Positions 63,529 to 64,000 of a stretch of 64,000 bases of DNA are shown in pieces. Position 1 is the first letter of the stretch, and each line of letters opens with the position of its first letter. The position numbers were made by a program, and so were the translations under genes. The stretch is taken from the IMG/VR virus record IMGVR_UViG_3300042566_000599, positions 32,346-96,345 of that record; one strand, 5' to 3'. Below the pieces are notes generated by a model. The model saw only the letters and a program-made list of their open reading frames with translations. It was not told where the DNA came from and ran no database searches. This stretch comes from a virus.

Positions 63529-64000
63529 CTAGTTGGTGTAGACCTTGACGATAGCCTGGTCTGTGATTACACCTAGACCCCAAATTGCGTACCAAGCAAG
63601 AGCGTGCTCGCGACCGAAGTCAAGAACACCACCATCACGAAGTTCAACTGGGAGAGAGATTGCGTGACCAAATGCGTTGTCACCAATCATGATTGATTCG
63701 TAAACTTCAGCACCGTTACCAGTTGCTGTTGTTAGGTAACCCTTTTCTGCAGTGAAATCTGCAGACTCTGGGTTTCCACCTGAACCAGGGGCAGTGTTTG
63801 CCTTAACTGGAACAGTTGCAGCAGAAGCAGGAACAGCAACATCAGTAGAAGTTGTGTATGCAGCGTTAACTGCCAACTTCTTAACCTGTGTTGTTTCGAT
63901 GAATACTACGTCGTATAGACGACCGATTTCACCGAGCATGAAGTTACCTGGAGCAGCGTACTTTGTAACTTCGATGAACTCTGGGTTCGAACGAATGTCA
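63529..64000 (-). CDS. Major capsid protein (N4-gp56-like), C-terminal part
   Basis: GEIGRLYDVVFIETT, DFGREHALAWYAIWG; frame open to window end. Confidence 0.85.
   Translation of the reverse strand, partial: DIRSNPEFIEVTKYAAPGNFMLGEIGRLYDVVFIETTQVKKLAVNAAYTTSTDVAVPASAATVPVKANTAPGSGGNPESADFTAEKGYLTTATGNGAEVYESIMIGDNAFGHAISLPVELRDGGVLDFGREHALAWYAIWGLGVITDQAIVKVYTN

Noticed and set aside
352-63595. Numerous antisense and nested ORFs in the track (e.g. 352-825, 2166-2546, 45313-45882, 50581-50991, 57852-58415)
   Set aside because: They shadow well-supported genes and lack RBSs or recognisable motifs
1-64000. tRNA, tmRNA or rRNA genes; alternative genetic code
   Set aside because: No cloverleaf with a T-loop consensus was found by eye in the short intergenic gaps; conserved genes are intact under code 11

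Overview
The whole window is one tailed dsDNA bacteriophage genome segment. It is a contractile-tailed (myovirus-like) phage, and two WhiB genes plus moderate-to-low GC suggest a low-GC, probably freshwater, actinobacterial host (inference). 1-5074 (+ strand): early/accessory genes (HNH-like, DUF1281/YubB-like, WhiB, DenV-like glycosylase, HTH), a tyrosine recombinase and a secreted transglycosylase. 5158-33997 (- strand): class II RNR, a TGT-like/HAD/ADP-ribosyltransferase/nucleotidyltransferase cluster, many small unknown genes, SpoVS, and a full replication/recombination set (RuvC, Cas4-like exonuclease, RecA, PolA, SSB, SNF2, primase, DnaB, DnaC-like, initiator with iterons). 34007-64000 (- strand): baseplate, tape measure, chaperone, tube, sheath, neck, fibres, collagen-like fibres, adaptor and the C-terminus of the major capsid protein, interrupted by an opposite-strand four-gene glycosylation cassette. 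The most notable observations are: a chain of nine coupled micro-ORFs (eight Lys/Arg-rich, one resembling the histone H3 tail, and one very acidic); the glycosylation cassette beside Thr-rich collagen fibres; a ~150-nt multibranched intergenic RNA with an anti-SD switch; a probable +1 (UUU-CGA) tail chaperone frameshift; the nucleotide-modification cluster; and a Zn-finger-bearing recombinase surrounded by DNA-level repeats. All family calls come from motif recognition by eye; no database searches were run.
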